A DNA stretch of 43,144 nt, from positions 1 through 43,144 of the forward strand of contig JAPEUG010000114.1 in assembly GCA_026025795.1 (NCBI GenBank), in the 5' to 3' direction. Source of the stretch: Thelocarpon superellum. Lineage: Eukaryota. Position 1 is the stretch's first letter. Every line of letters begins with the position of its first letter. The translations under genes and the position numbers were made by a program. Below, one piece after another: positions 21,986 through 33,196 of the stretch. The notes below the pieces were generated by a model. That model saw only the letters and a program-made list of their open reading frames with translations. It did no database searches and was not told the DNA's origin.

Positions 21986-24900
21986 CTACTTCTTTCCCCG
22001 CGCTACCAGCTTCTCGCTCAAGGCATGTACGGCCGTGGCCCAGCTGCCGCGCGCTTCGCCCTTGTCGCCTGTGATCAGACGAGAAACATGCTCGCTCAAG
22101 AACGCCCCCATCCGTGCTTCGTTCAGCGCTTCGCCGTAAACGACCCGTGCCTGAGGCTGGACCGTCAATGCTAGCTCCGCTTCACGTGGCGCGGCCATCA
22201 CCGCGAAGGTGAAGGTGACCTTGGTGGCCAAGGTTGGGAGCAAGAGCGTGGACTGGATCGAGAGCGAGCGCTCCGAGACCACGCTTGCCTCCGTGGGACA
22301 ACACAGGTTGAGACGCCGGGTCTCCTCCGTCAGTGCCGCCGCAGGCGCCCAGGACCGAGACACGAAGGCGACCAAGGCCTGCGCTCCAAGCGCGGACGGC
22401 GCCCGTCCCGCCAGCTGCGCCTGGAGCTGCTCCAGAACGAATCGGGTCTCCGCCACACCAGGTCGGCCCGTGCCGTCCTCGCTCGCGCCAAGGTAGACGA
22501 CGTTCGGCGCGGGTGCCGCCGCGGTCGGGTCCAAGGTGAGCTGCAGATCACCGTGAAGGACCATCGTAAGCGTGCGTCCCGCGACGGACGTGATGGTCCA
22601 CCCCGAGGCTTGTTGCAAGGCCGCCACGCGCGCTAGGACCAATCAGTAAACCGTCATCCTGGTTCATCCTACGAGGGAAGAACATACCTTGCGCGCTTTC
22701 GACATCTCGGCACGTCCACCCGCGGCAAGCCTCCCGGATCCGCTCGGCTGCATCAATCTCTGCCAGACACGTGGAGGCCCGTGTCGTCGCTGTGACTAGG
22801 CTCGCCTCGGTCTCGTGCATCTGCGCCTGGAGTTCCGCCAGCACCCGGCGCTGCTCCGACACCGCGGCTTCGGTCTGCAGCATCCGCTCCCGGCTACGGT
22901 CAAGTTCGTCTTGATCGCAGTTGGCCAGCTCGTGCGCCTGCTCATCTAGCACCGTCTCCTCACGCGCCAGCCGCTCCTGTTCTGCCAGTAGCGGCGGCAG
23001 TAGCGGCGCCACCAGGCGCTCCTGTGCCGCCAGCACCAACTCATCCCCCTCCATGCCGTCTCCAATCTTGCACAAGCCCTCTTTGAGCCCGTCGAGCAAC
23101 TTCATCCGCCACTCATACCACATTGCTTTGCTAAGCAGGCGCGCGTGGGTCTTCACGTTCCGGAACTGATTGTCCATGATGAAGCGTACATCGGGCGAGG
23201 CCGAGAGATATTCCCGGAAGAGCGGCGGGTTCTCCTCGAACGTGTCCGCTTCGATCTCCCGCACGATGGACCGTCCCTCGGAGATGTACCGTTTCAGCTC
23301 GCGACACGAGTGCTGATAGAGCTCGAGCATCGGCATCGTGCACGCTCCCGCGATCACGCAGCGTCCAAGATCCGTCGCGCCGTCATCGCCGCCACTCCAC
23401 TGGCGGTCGTGGCCCATGGCCCCCGCGAGGCCATCGGCGTTAGTCTTCGGCGCCAGCGTGTGCCGGCGCTTGGTCGTGTTTAGCTCCATGAAGCGGATGC
23501 TCGTCAGATCGAGGAACGCTTGAAGGTGGATGCGCTCCGGACTGGGATCCGGGCCCATCGTTTCGTCGCTTCCATGGCCGGAGGCATTCGCGAGGCCGGG
23601 CGACGCGAGCCGTGGCGAGATGTGGTCGTGGTCGGGTCCCTGCGAGGCGGAGACCGCATTCGTCTTCAACGGACTGCCGGCCATCGTCGGCAGCGCACGC
23701 ACGCGCTCACTTCCCTCCACCAGACTTTTGCGCGTGACCCCGGTCGCCCGACCCGTCGTTTCGATCTTGGAGGGCGGGGGCCGGAGCAACACATTCTTCA
23801 CCGGGCTGCCGTCGGGCCCTTTCGCTCGCTTGGGACTCTCCTCGTCCGTATCGCCATCCTGGTCCAGTTCTGCGGGGCGTTTGCCCAGCAGTCCCTTGGC
23901 TGCGCCGACGTGCAAGCTCTTCCGCCCCTTGACCTTCTTCTTCGGCGTCAAGCTCTGAATCATCTCCTTTAGCGTCAGAGTGGCATCCTTCTCCTCCGAG
24001 GCTAATGTGCGGCCACCGTCGCCTGGCCGTCCTGCGTGTGACTGCTGGCGTTGCTGCTCCTCTTCGTCGTCTCTTGCAAGCTCCGCCGCGAGGGTCCTCG
24101 GATCGTCAAAGCGGAGCAACCGACTGGGATCGTGGGCGCCTGCGCCTAATGCAAAGCTCGGCGCGGCCTCACCGATCGATTGCCGTCGATCCAGCATGGC
24201 TGCCACGCGTGGAGAGCCCAGTCCCTCTTTGTCCGCCCCGACACCCGAGGTGCGTCGCGACCGGGGCGGCAGGACGATCGTGGGAGGCGCATGCGTACCG
24301 AGCTCGCTCGGTTGAAACAGTGATCGCGCTGGCGTCAAAGCTGAGGTAGGTGTGGTCGTGGTACCATGTCGAATCTCTTGTGTGAAGAGTCTCTTGGGCG
24401 ATGACGAGCGAAAGCTGATATTCTTGGAGGGTGGCGTTTTAGTTGGCGTGACGGGCCGCGTTGGTCGCGGGGTGAGCTGCTTCACTGGCGTCGCCGGCTT
24501 CTTCGTCGGCGTCGAGGATGATTTTGGCGGCGATCGGGCTATCAGCGAGGGTGTACTACCGGCCGCCATGGATTTTCGCGGTGGCGTTTTGCCGCGCCCC
24601 TTGTTCCGGGAGCTGTCGTGGGGTGCGAGGGGTGACGCAATTGGCACGGGGGTGTTGATGGTAGGTACGGCTTGGAAGGGCGAACTCGCCATGTCGCCGG
24701 ACTCGGTTTCGCGTTCCATTATCACTTTGGCCTGCCGCCGCGTGGGAGTGTTCACGTCGGGGACGGAAGCTCCCTTTGCAATTGCTCCGCTGGATGCCGA
24801 TGCCTTCAGCTCTTCCGTTGACTCCGGAAGCTCGGCGATGGACGCCAGAATTCCGCCGCCGGCGACCGTCATATCCATGGCCGACTCGTCGCCCACCATT

Positions 24901-26803
24901 GGATCGGACGGGGCCAGGCCCGTTGCCGCACTCCCGGGTCGAACCGCGCCCCAGACTGACGTGAGCTCCATGGTCATGTCTTCGAGGTCGCTGGGGGCAT
25001 CGAGTTCGTCCGGACCGGTCTTGGCGCGAATACCTCCCACGGCGGTCGTCAGGTCCATCGTCTGATCATCCTGGGACGAGCCTTCCTCGAACGAGTGACG
25101 GCGGCCGGCGATGCTCCGCCGGGATCGCGCGGCAACGGATCGGCGACGCTGTGACGGCGCCGGCGCTTGTCCAGCAGGGTCGCGAGGAGTGGATAAGATG
25201 GCACCCACGGCGCTCGTCATGTCCATGCTCATGTCATCCCCATCGGTGCTCTGGTCGCTTCGTCGCCGGCTCGAGTCCGAGCCCATGGCAGCTTTGAACG
25301 CAGGCGAAAAGGGATTGAGCTTCTCCTGCTGAGGTCGGGGCACCTGCTGGACTGGATCGGTCGCCGCCGCCGCTCGCTGCATCCATGGCTGAAAGGCGGC
25401 GGTGATCTCGTTGTCCGCCATCTCCATGGTGAGGTCGCCATGCTCGTCGTACTCGATCCCGTGCGTGCCCGCTTGTGCCGCCGCCTGCTCCAACGCCGCG
25501 TCGAGGCGGCCACTGGACGTCGTGCTTGAGCGGGAACGAGCAGACCCGACCGAGTGGACGGTGGTGTCTTCGTCATCGACCATCATGACGCTGCTCTCCC
25601 CCTCGTCAGTGGAGCCTTCCGACTCCGACGCGTCATCGGCATCTCCGTCGACGAATTCTTGACCGCTTCCATCGTCACTCTCCATTGATGAGCCCGCACT
25701 CAGCGGGCTAGAGCCCTCGTCGGCTGGGTTATTGAAGTTCATCGGCGGGATGGTCGAGCTGCGTCGTCGTCGTTTCTTTTGGTGAAGATTACGCTGGTGG
25801 GCGGGAGAGGCAACGGCGGCGGGCTCCTCGGTCTGGCTCGCCGGCGTTGACGGTGAGTCGGAGGCGTCGGCTGTCGATGCGGCTGATCGGGTACTGGGTC
25901 GAGGAGAGGCGGCGGCCGAGCCGGCGGTCATGGACGATGCCCGACGGGTCGAATTGGTTGAGGATGACGATGTAGTCGAATCTTGCATATATTCGATCAC
26001 GTCCCAGGTGTGGAGCGTCGCCTCTGGAGCAAAGGAGACGCGGCGGTTGGCTGCTATCGCGTCAGTTCCCCCACCGCACAGGGAGAGGCAGATCCAGGCA
26101 TACCAAGCGACTTTCGCCGCGCGTCCCGTCGTTCGATGGCTTGAGATCGTTGCAGTTCCGCCTCGTCAGCGTTGGATGAATCCGGAGCGGATCCTGATCG
26201 TGCATTATTGGCCGTCTCGTGGCCGGCTCCCGATGGCACGGTCGGCAGCGCAAGAGAGGTCACTGGACCTTCCGAGGTGGCTCGAGGGCCTGTGGCGTTT
26301 TTGGCACTCATAGTGTGCCCGAAATCGGTGGTGGATGCCCCAGAGTCACCTTCGGCTCCATAGCCCGCGGCATGGCCCTGTGTGGTTGGCTTTCGCATCG
26401 AAGAGAGTGATGGGATCTCTTTCAAGGGCGACAATGGGACGGTTGGCTTCAAGATGGATTTGATGGCGATGGTCATGGAAGACTGGTGAAGTAGCGGTCA
26501 GTGTCTTCCTTGAAAGAAAGTCCTGCTTGCCATGTCTACCTTTCGTCGGTTGCCACTTCCCTCGGTCAGGGCATCCAAGCCGCCCGGACCAATGCTCTTG
26601 CTCCGTGACTTCTTCATCGCCTTTTGGCCCGATGTAGCGTCATCGTACTTTCTCCCCACCACTCCTAAATCCGTCGTGAGGTTCTCCTTTCCAAGCGCGT
26701 CGTCGAGGCTTTCGGCCGTTGGCGGATGCGAGATGGATTTGCGCGAGCTGGGTCGGCGTTGTGCAGCTAGCGCCGAGACTTTGTGCACTGGAGACGACAT
26801 CAT
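21986..26803 (-). CDS. SPC105: Kinetochore scaffold Spc105/Spc7 (KNL1); introns 26483-26539, 26054(or 26051)-26103, 22633-22687
   Basis: PP1-docking KSILK and spliced RRVSF motifs; MELT-like repeats (MDMTSAVG, MDLTTAVG, MELTSVWG, MDMTVAGG); Spc7 domain (PMLELYQHSCRELK, ARLLSKAMWYEWRMKLL); coiled coil and C-terminal domain. Confidence 0.92.
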
Positions 26804-27009
26804 GTCATGGCCAGCACAGATGGACCGATCTAAGTGAAGTGAGACACCACATGCGTTGCCCAAATCACAGAGATTCTGTCGTGCTAGAACCAGTGCTCGA
26901 AATTGATACCAACTTGATTTGAAGCTCGGGGATGGTGCTGTTTGTTTACCCGGGGATGACGCTAAACCTTGCATGGACAAGCTCCGATAGGAGCAAAGCC
27001 GCTTTTCCA

Positions 27010-27078
27010 CACGTGACTCGCTCTGTGCGAAGCCCTACCACCGCTCGGTAAGTCACCCTACTTCTGGCGTCCTAGGGT
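27010..27078. promoter_or_regulatory. Putative ribosomal-protein promoter elements in the SPC105/RPS11 divergent promoter
   Basis: CACGTGAC (Cbf1-type) at 27010-27017, AGCCCTA at 27031-27037, and inverted ACCCTA 27055-27060 / TAGGGT 27073-27078 (Tbf1/HomolE-like). Confidence 0.5.
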
Positions 27079-27211
27079 ACGTATGGGAAAACGCAGTCGC
27101 TCGCTAAGGTCAGGTCGCTCGAGGCCGACCGTAAATCCGAGATCGAATTTCATCATCCGTCCGACGACACAGGTTGAGCCACGATCATCCCTTCGCGGTC
27201 CCGGTCTCATC

Positions 27212-27817
27212 ATGGCCACCGAATTGACAGTCCAGTCGGAACGCGCGTTCCAGAAGCAGCCTCACATCTTCCTCAACAACAAGTCGCGCAGTGCAAAGAG
27301 CAAGCGGGTGGGCAAGGGCGGACGACGATGGTACAAAGATGTGGGACTCGGCTTCCGGACACCGAAGACCGCCATTGAGGGGACATACATCGGTCAGTCG
27401 CGGCCTCTCTCTGGTCTGCCCATGCCGCGCTAACCTCGTCACTCCTCTAGACAAAAAGTGCCCCTTCACGGGTCTGGTTTCGATCCGCGGCCGAATCCTC
27501 ACTGGGACGGTGGTCTCGACCAAGATGCATCGAACGCTCGTCATCCGCCGCGAATATCTCCACTTCATCCCCAAATACTCACGGTATGAGAAACGACACA
27601 AGAACCTGGCGGCGCACGTCTCGCCTGCCTTTCGTGTTGAAGAGGGGGATCAGGTCACGGTGGGGCAATGCCGGCCCTTGAGCAAGACGGTACGTTGTTT
27701 TGCGACCGCTTCCGATCGTCGATCGAACTGACAGTCCGCCTCTTGTAGGTTCGCTTCAATGTCCTACGTGTTCTGCCACGGACCGGCAAGGCGGTCAAGC
27801 AGTTCAGCAAATTCTAG
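27212..27817 (+). CDS. RPS11: 40S ribosomal protein S11 (uS17); introns 27393-27450 and 27690-27748
   Basis: [67 protein letters not shown]. Confidence 0.97.
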
Positions 27818-28489
27818 CGCGTCGGGTCGAGCTTTGATACGGATCGGAACAGGCTCATGGCGATTACGGCTGAAGTCCCCCATTGGACGTAGATGTCCCG
27901 TCGACAGGGGATTTGTCGACGGACACCTGTGGTGCGCATCTCACCAGATCCGTCAGTGGATACGTCCGCAAGACCATTCAATGTCTTGCTCGTGTCGTGT
28001 ATCCTCAATTTTAGCAATACCTGAATCCAACGATGCCTACGTTCTGTCCGAGATTCCTACGAGCTCGGCGAGTGTGGTGGGACATGATCACGGCCATGCT
28101 TACGGTCATTCTCGGAATGGACCTGCATCCGCTTCAACGAGCAGGAACTGGCTTGCGTAGGTGACATTATTCGTCGTCACCGGTGGTGCAGGGGCAGAGC
28201 TGGGTACTCTCTCCACTGGCCAAGGGCTGTTTGACCTTTTTTTCCCCCAACGCTCCCTGCGCTCTATACGAGACTGGGACAACGGTGTTCCTTCACGAAC
28301 CCTGTGATGATCATCCTCTCAAATGCTCGTAACTCTGCCGGATCATTCCGAGTTGAGCCGCAGGTCGACGCGGTTTGGGACTGCGTTTAAGCTGTGCTAC
28401 AAGAGACAGGCGCCGGTGGAGTCCTCCTATTGAGTCCAACTACTCCACAGGCGAGGTACGTACCTGCTGTGGCTTATGAATTGGACGTG

Positions 28490-28520
28490 CCCCTTGGATA
28501 CACCCCTTGGATACACCCCT
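28490..28520. repeat. 13-bp tandem duplication
   Basis: CCCCTTGGATACA x2 plus partial CCCCT. Confidence 0.85.
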
Positions 28521-30107
28521 ACACTTCTAGACACATACTACTTGTAGGTGAGCGAGGTGGACCTGTGCTTTTCCGTCACCTAGTCAATATCTATGAACTG
28601 TATGCCATCACAGTCCAAATGTCTGGGCAGATGGTCGTGATCCCAAGCTACCACGCCGAGACAGAGCTTGCCCCGACCAAAATCACAAAGACCTCCGATG
28701 ATTACTATGCCTCACATCTGAGTGGCCATGTTGCAGGTGCGAACATTGGACTGACGTGCGGAAGCACGAGGACCATATAGTTGACCCTAGACCCAAGCTT
28801 GCTTATTCATCAATAGCTCGAGCTCAACCTCATTCCTTCGTCTTCCTTCTTCCGAAACAATGAATAGAGATGGCACTCTTATGTTCTTCCGACTGTCAGT
28901 GAATGGCAAAGCCTGGGCCATGCTCGCCGCCTGCGCATCCCTGTCTACGTGGAGGTGTAAGTGGGGCGGTAGGAGAGGAGACGCTCTGGTGTCGCACCAT
29001 CACGTGAGCGACGCCGAGCGGCGTGGCGTGGATTAGGGTGGGGGACTTAAGAGGCTCTTCTCCCCTATTCGAGCTCCAACCCACACTCGACCGTCGCCTC
29101 AACAGGCGTATAGGGAGTGGGGCTCATGAGGTAAGATATGTTATAGATTACTCGTGCGCTGTGCCGTCACTCGCGCCACACAGCCTAACCTCACTGTAGT
29201 GACCAAACGTCGGAGCTTACTCGAGCGTCTTAGCTTGACCCTTTTATAACTCCGTGACTATGGCCCAGGCCCTCGGATGTTGGCTGTTACAACGGCCCAG
29301 GGACATATCCGAGTCACCGCGCAGGCCCGTCTCTCGTATCGATCTGCAGATAAAGACCGACGTGCTCGGCACTCGTACTCGCACTATAGCAAAGACCAGA
29401 CGCGTCCAGATGATCGGTTGTAGCGACTAATGGCTCTGTGACAACCGAGCTGCGGCGCGCGAGGTCGATCCAGTAGCAAGACGGCGTTAGCCCTCGGGAG
29501 GACGAGGAGCCCCCGTAGCTGCAGTCTCCGTAGCGGCTACAGCTGCAGCACGTCCATGTCACCCTTCCGGGAAAAGTACTCTTGATCTTACCACTACGAG
29601 GACTGATCGAGCGCCGCCCGTCCTTCACTGGCGCCATGGAGGGCCCCCCTCTATGACTTTTGGTGACTGCTGCTGCGATTGAGGAACGAAGCCTATTCCG
29701 TAGTATGGACGAAGTAGTATTGGTAAGACCCTCCTCGCGTCGTCTTACAACGGCGCGGGTACGGGGGCGGGGACGGGTCCCAGTCCAGCGAGTCCTGCTT
29801 GGACCAATCAGACGTGTCGTAACACCTGGTTCAGCTGCTGGCATGAACCTCCGTCCCACGTAACGCTTCGCTCACGCTCTCGCTCACGCCAGTCTCCATT
29901 CCACCAATCCCCCCCATCTCCCCATGCCATTTCAAGTGCTTCATCCACCACGCAATTGGGTCCACGCCGCCGTGACGTACCAGCTCTCACCACCTACGCC
30001 CTCGTGGTAGCTCGTAATCCCATCGTGGGCCATCCCACTGCCATTACTCCACCAAAGACGATCTCGTGTTGGAGCTATTGTGAGCTGCCGATGCTCGCGT
30101 CGACACG

Positions 30108-32600
30108 ATGAAGGCCGCCCCTCACTGCATCCTCTGGCATAATGACCACTCCCCCATCTACGCCGCGCATTTTGAGTCGCACGGCAAGGGTCGATTAGCG
30201 ACTGCGGGGGGAGACAACAATGTTCGGGTGAGTGCGTTGCATGTCGGTCCGGCAGCAGGCTCGAACGCAGGCTAACCCGGGTCCAGCTCTGGAAGCTCGA
30301 GTCGAATGGGGAGGATCGCAAGGTGGTGTACCTGACGACGTTGATCAAGCACACGCAAGCAGTCAACGTCGTGCGTTTCTGTCCCCGTGGTAGGTGTCCG
30401 GGTGCGGGTTGTGGATTGGCATGGCGCCCTCTGATCGAAACTAGGGGAAATGCTGGCCTCGGCCGGGGACGATGGAAACGTCTTGCTCTGGGTCCCCTCA
30501 GACACGCACAGTCTCACACCGTCATTTGGTGAGGAGGGCCTGGAAGACAAGGAGACGTGGCGGATCAAGCACATGTGTCGGTCATCGGGCTCGGAGATTT
30601 ACGACCTGGCCTGGTCCCCAGACGGCGTGTTTTTCATTACCGGCAGCATGGACAATGTTGCTCGCATCTACAATGCTCAGACAGGTGAGCGCGGGATGGC
30701 GGTGGGGAACGTTTTTGTGCAAGGCGCGGGCTGACGACGTGCAGGCCAGACGGTGCGGCAGATTGCTGAGCATAATCACTACGTGCAAGGCGTGGCCTGG
30801 GACCCGCTGAACGAATTCGTGGCGACGCAGTCCTCGGATCGGTCGGTGCACATCTACACCCTCAAGAGCAAGGACGGCCAATTCTCGCTGGCGCAGCATG
30901 GCAAGATCACCAAGATGGACCTGCCCGCGCGGCGCATCTCCTCGAGCAGCCCGGCGCCACCGGATCTGGGGCAGCGACCGCACTTTGTGAATGATGCGTC
31001 CTCGCTCGCCATCGCATCACCGGCCCCCTCGACCCCGGGCACCCCTAGCTCGCTGGCATTGCCGATGAATCCCCCGGCGCTGACGCACAGCCGTCGATCC
31101 TCCTTCAGCTCGTCGCCGTCGTTGCGTCGCTCGACCTCGCCGGCGCCATCGCTGCCGCTCCCGGCGATCAAGCCGATGGAGTCATCGCCAAAGCCCTTTC
31201 CCCCTCTGGGCGTGCGCAACGCCAACCTCTACGCAAACGAGACCTTTACGTCCTTCTTCCGTCGTTTGACCTTTGCCCCGGATGGTAGCCTCCTCTTCAC
31301 CCCGGCGGGACAGTACAAGACGGCGCACCCGTTGGCGAGTGAGTCGGGCAAGACGGCGGACGATGTCATCAACACGGTGTACATCTACACCCGGGCAGGC
31401 TTCAACAAGCCTCCGATTGCACATCTACCCGGCCACAAGAAACCGTCGATTGCCGTCAAATGCTCGCCCATCTACTACAGCCTCCGCAAGACCAGTCCGC
31501 CGACCAAGCACATTGCTGTCGACACGTCGTCCAGCGACGACTCGATTCCGTCGCTACCCGAGCCGGCTATCTCATCCAAAACGTCGGCGTCCAGCTCGAT
31601 GATGGAGCCACCACCGCTTGAAATGGCGGCCCCGGCGCCGACGAGCGAACCTTCAGGCTCAGCACCCACGTCGTCGCCCAAGGTTGATGGCGACCACGGC
31701 TCGGTGCGACCAGGTCCTCCACCGACGTTTGCTTTGCCCTATCGAATGGTGTATGCCGTGGCGACGCAAGACTCGATCCTGGTCTACGACACCCAGCAGC
31801 AGATCCCGCTGTGCATCGTCAGCAATCTGCATTTCGCCACGTTTACCGATCTCGCGTGGTAGGTGTGATTCGAATTTGATCGGAAATTTGATCGGAATGT
31901 TGCTGACATTAACAGGTCGAGCGATGGATTAACCTTGCTGATGAGCTCGTCGGATGGATTCTGCTCGACCCTCAGCTTTGCTCCGGGAGAACTGGGACAG
32001 GTGTATACGGGACAGGTGCCAACGGCGCATCATCCCAACATTTCGTTCGCAACTGGCTCGACGCAGGCCATATCTGGCGCGACGACGGCCAGTCTCACGG
32101 GGTTGGCGAAGCCCAACACGGGCATCACCATTCCCCCCTCACCACCGCCGCCCTCGGTTCGAGGCGTCAGTCCCTCACGATCTAATTCCATCTCGTCGGT
32201 GGCAACGCAGTCTTCCCTCGCACAAACGCCGCCCCCCAATTTGATCATGAGCAATCCCACAACGACCCTCGGAAATCTCCCGAGTCTCGCAGCAGCCAGT
32301 ACCATCATCAACACGACGGGCCACGCCAGCGCCAGCGCCAGCGCGAGCGCGAATGCAAGTGCGAGTGCGACTCCGACAGCCAGCTCCGGCACGATCGGCG
32401 GAATCCCTCTTACGACGCCACCGCAGACGCCAATGTCAGGCAACATCAGCACGACGAGCTCCGTCAGCGGGGTCAGCGTACTGGGCAAGCGGGATTCGGG
32501 TGCAGCCAGCGAGTCGGAGAAGGAAGAAGCCAAGGAAATCGTCAAGAAGCGACGGATTGCGCCGACATTGGTCAGTACCGATGGACAGGGGCGGAGGTAA
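30108..32600 (+). CDS. CAC2: Chromatin assembly factor 1 subunit B (Cac2/p60); introns 30228-30286, 30390-30444, 30685-30744, 31859-31915
   Basis: WD40 motifs RLATAGGDNNVR, KHTQAVNVVRF, EIYDLAWSPD, HNHYVQGVAWDP, FFRRLTFAPDG, LPYRMVYAVAT; C-terminal Asf1-binding B-domain KKRRIAPTLV. Confidence 0.93.
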
Positions 32601-32978
32601 TCTCAATTTCCCATCAGGGAGCTCGGAAAGAGGGGGGTAGGTACGTCGTGACTGTTACGAGGGAGTTGTCGAGGATATTTCGGGTTGCTTTCTCTGGTGT
32701 TCTGACTTGCCATTTTCCTGGTTCCTTCTACTTATCTCTCATCTATCTCTCTCGTTTCTCTCGCCAAGGACTCAGACCGGCGAAGAGAAAGCAGCGAAGA
32801 GCGCAGCAAAGCAACCCAGTCCATGCGGAGTACAGGAGTAAGGAGCAGCGGACGGGGTACAGGCGCGGTGAAAGACGATGAAGAGTGACTGCGATGCTAT
32901 ATCTAGTGGTGAATAGTGAAAACTGAATACTAAGGGGGGGAAAGGTGGACAAGGAGATGATCAAATGAACCATGCGAC

Positions 32979-33044
32979 CGACCGACTGATCAATCGATCC
33001 CATCGATACCACGACCGACTGATCAATCGATCCCATCGATACCA
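32979..33044. repeat. Perfect 33-bp tandem duplication between the convergent CAC2 and ADP1 3' ends
   Basis: CGACCGACTGATCAATCGATCCCATCGATACCA x2. Confidence 0.9.
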
Positions 33045-33196
33045 CAACTCCCACTTCAACTCTTGTAGGAGGTTTTCATTGGTTGATGTCTCACTATATA
33101 CCTATACCGGTTCTCCTCCATCCCCGTTCGTCGCCATCCATCCCTCGAGGCGAAGCAGTACGGGAAGGAGAAAGGAGAGAGAGGGGGGAGGGTGGG

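Noticed and set aside
29010..29222. RNase MRP-like words GGGGCTCAT and GGAGCTTACT
   Set aside because: No matching CR-I (GAAAGTC-type) P4 partner at a suitable upstream distance.
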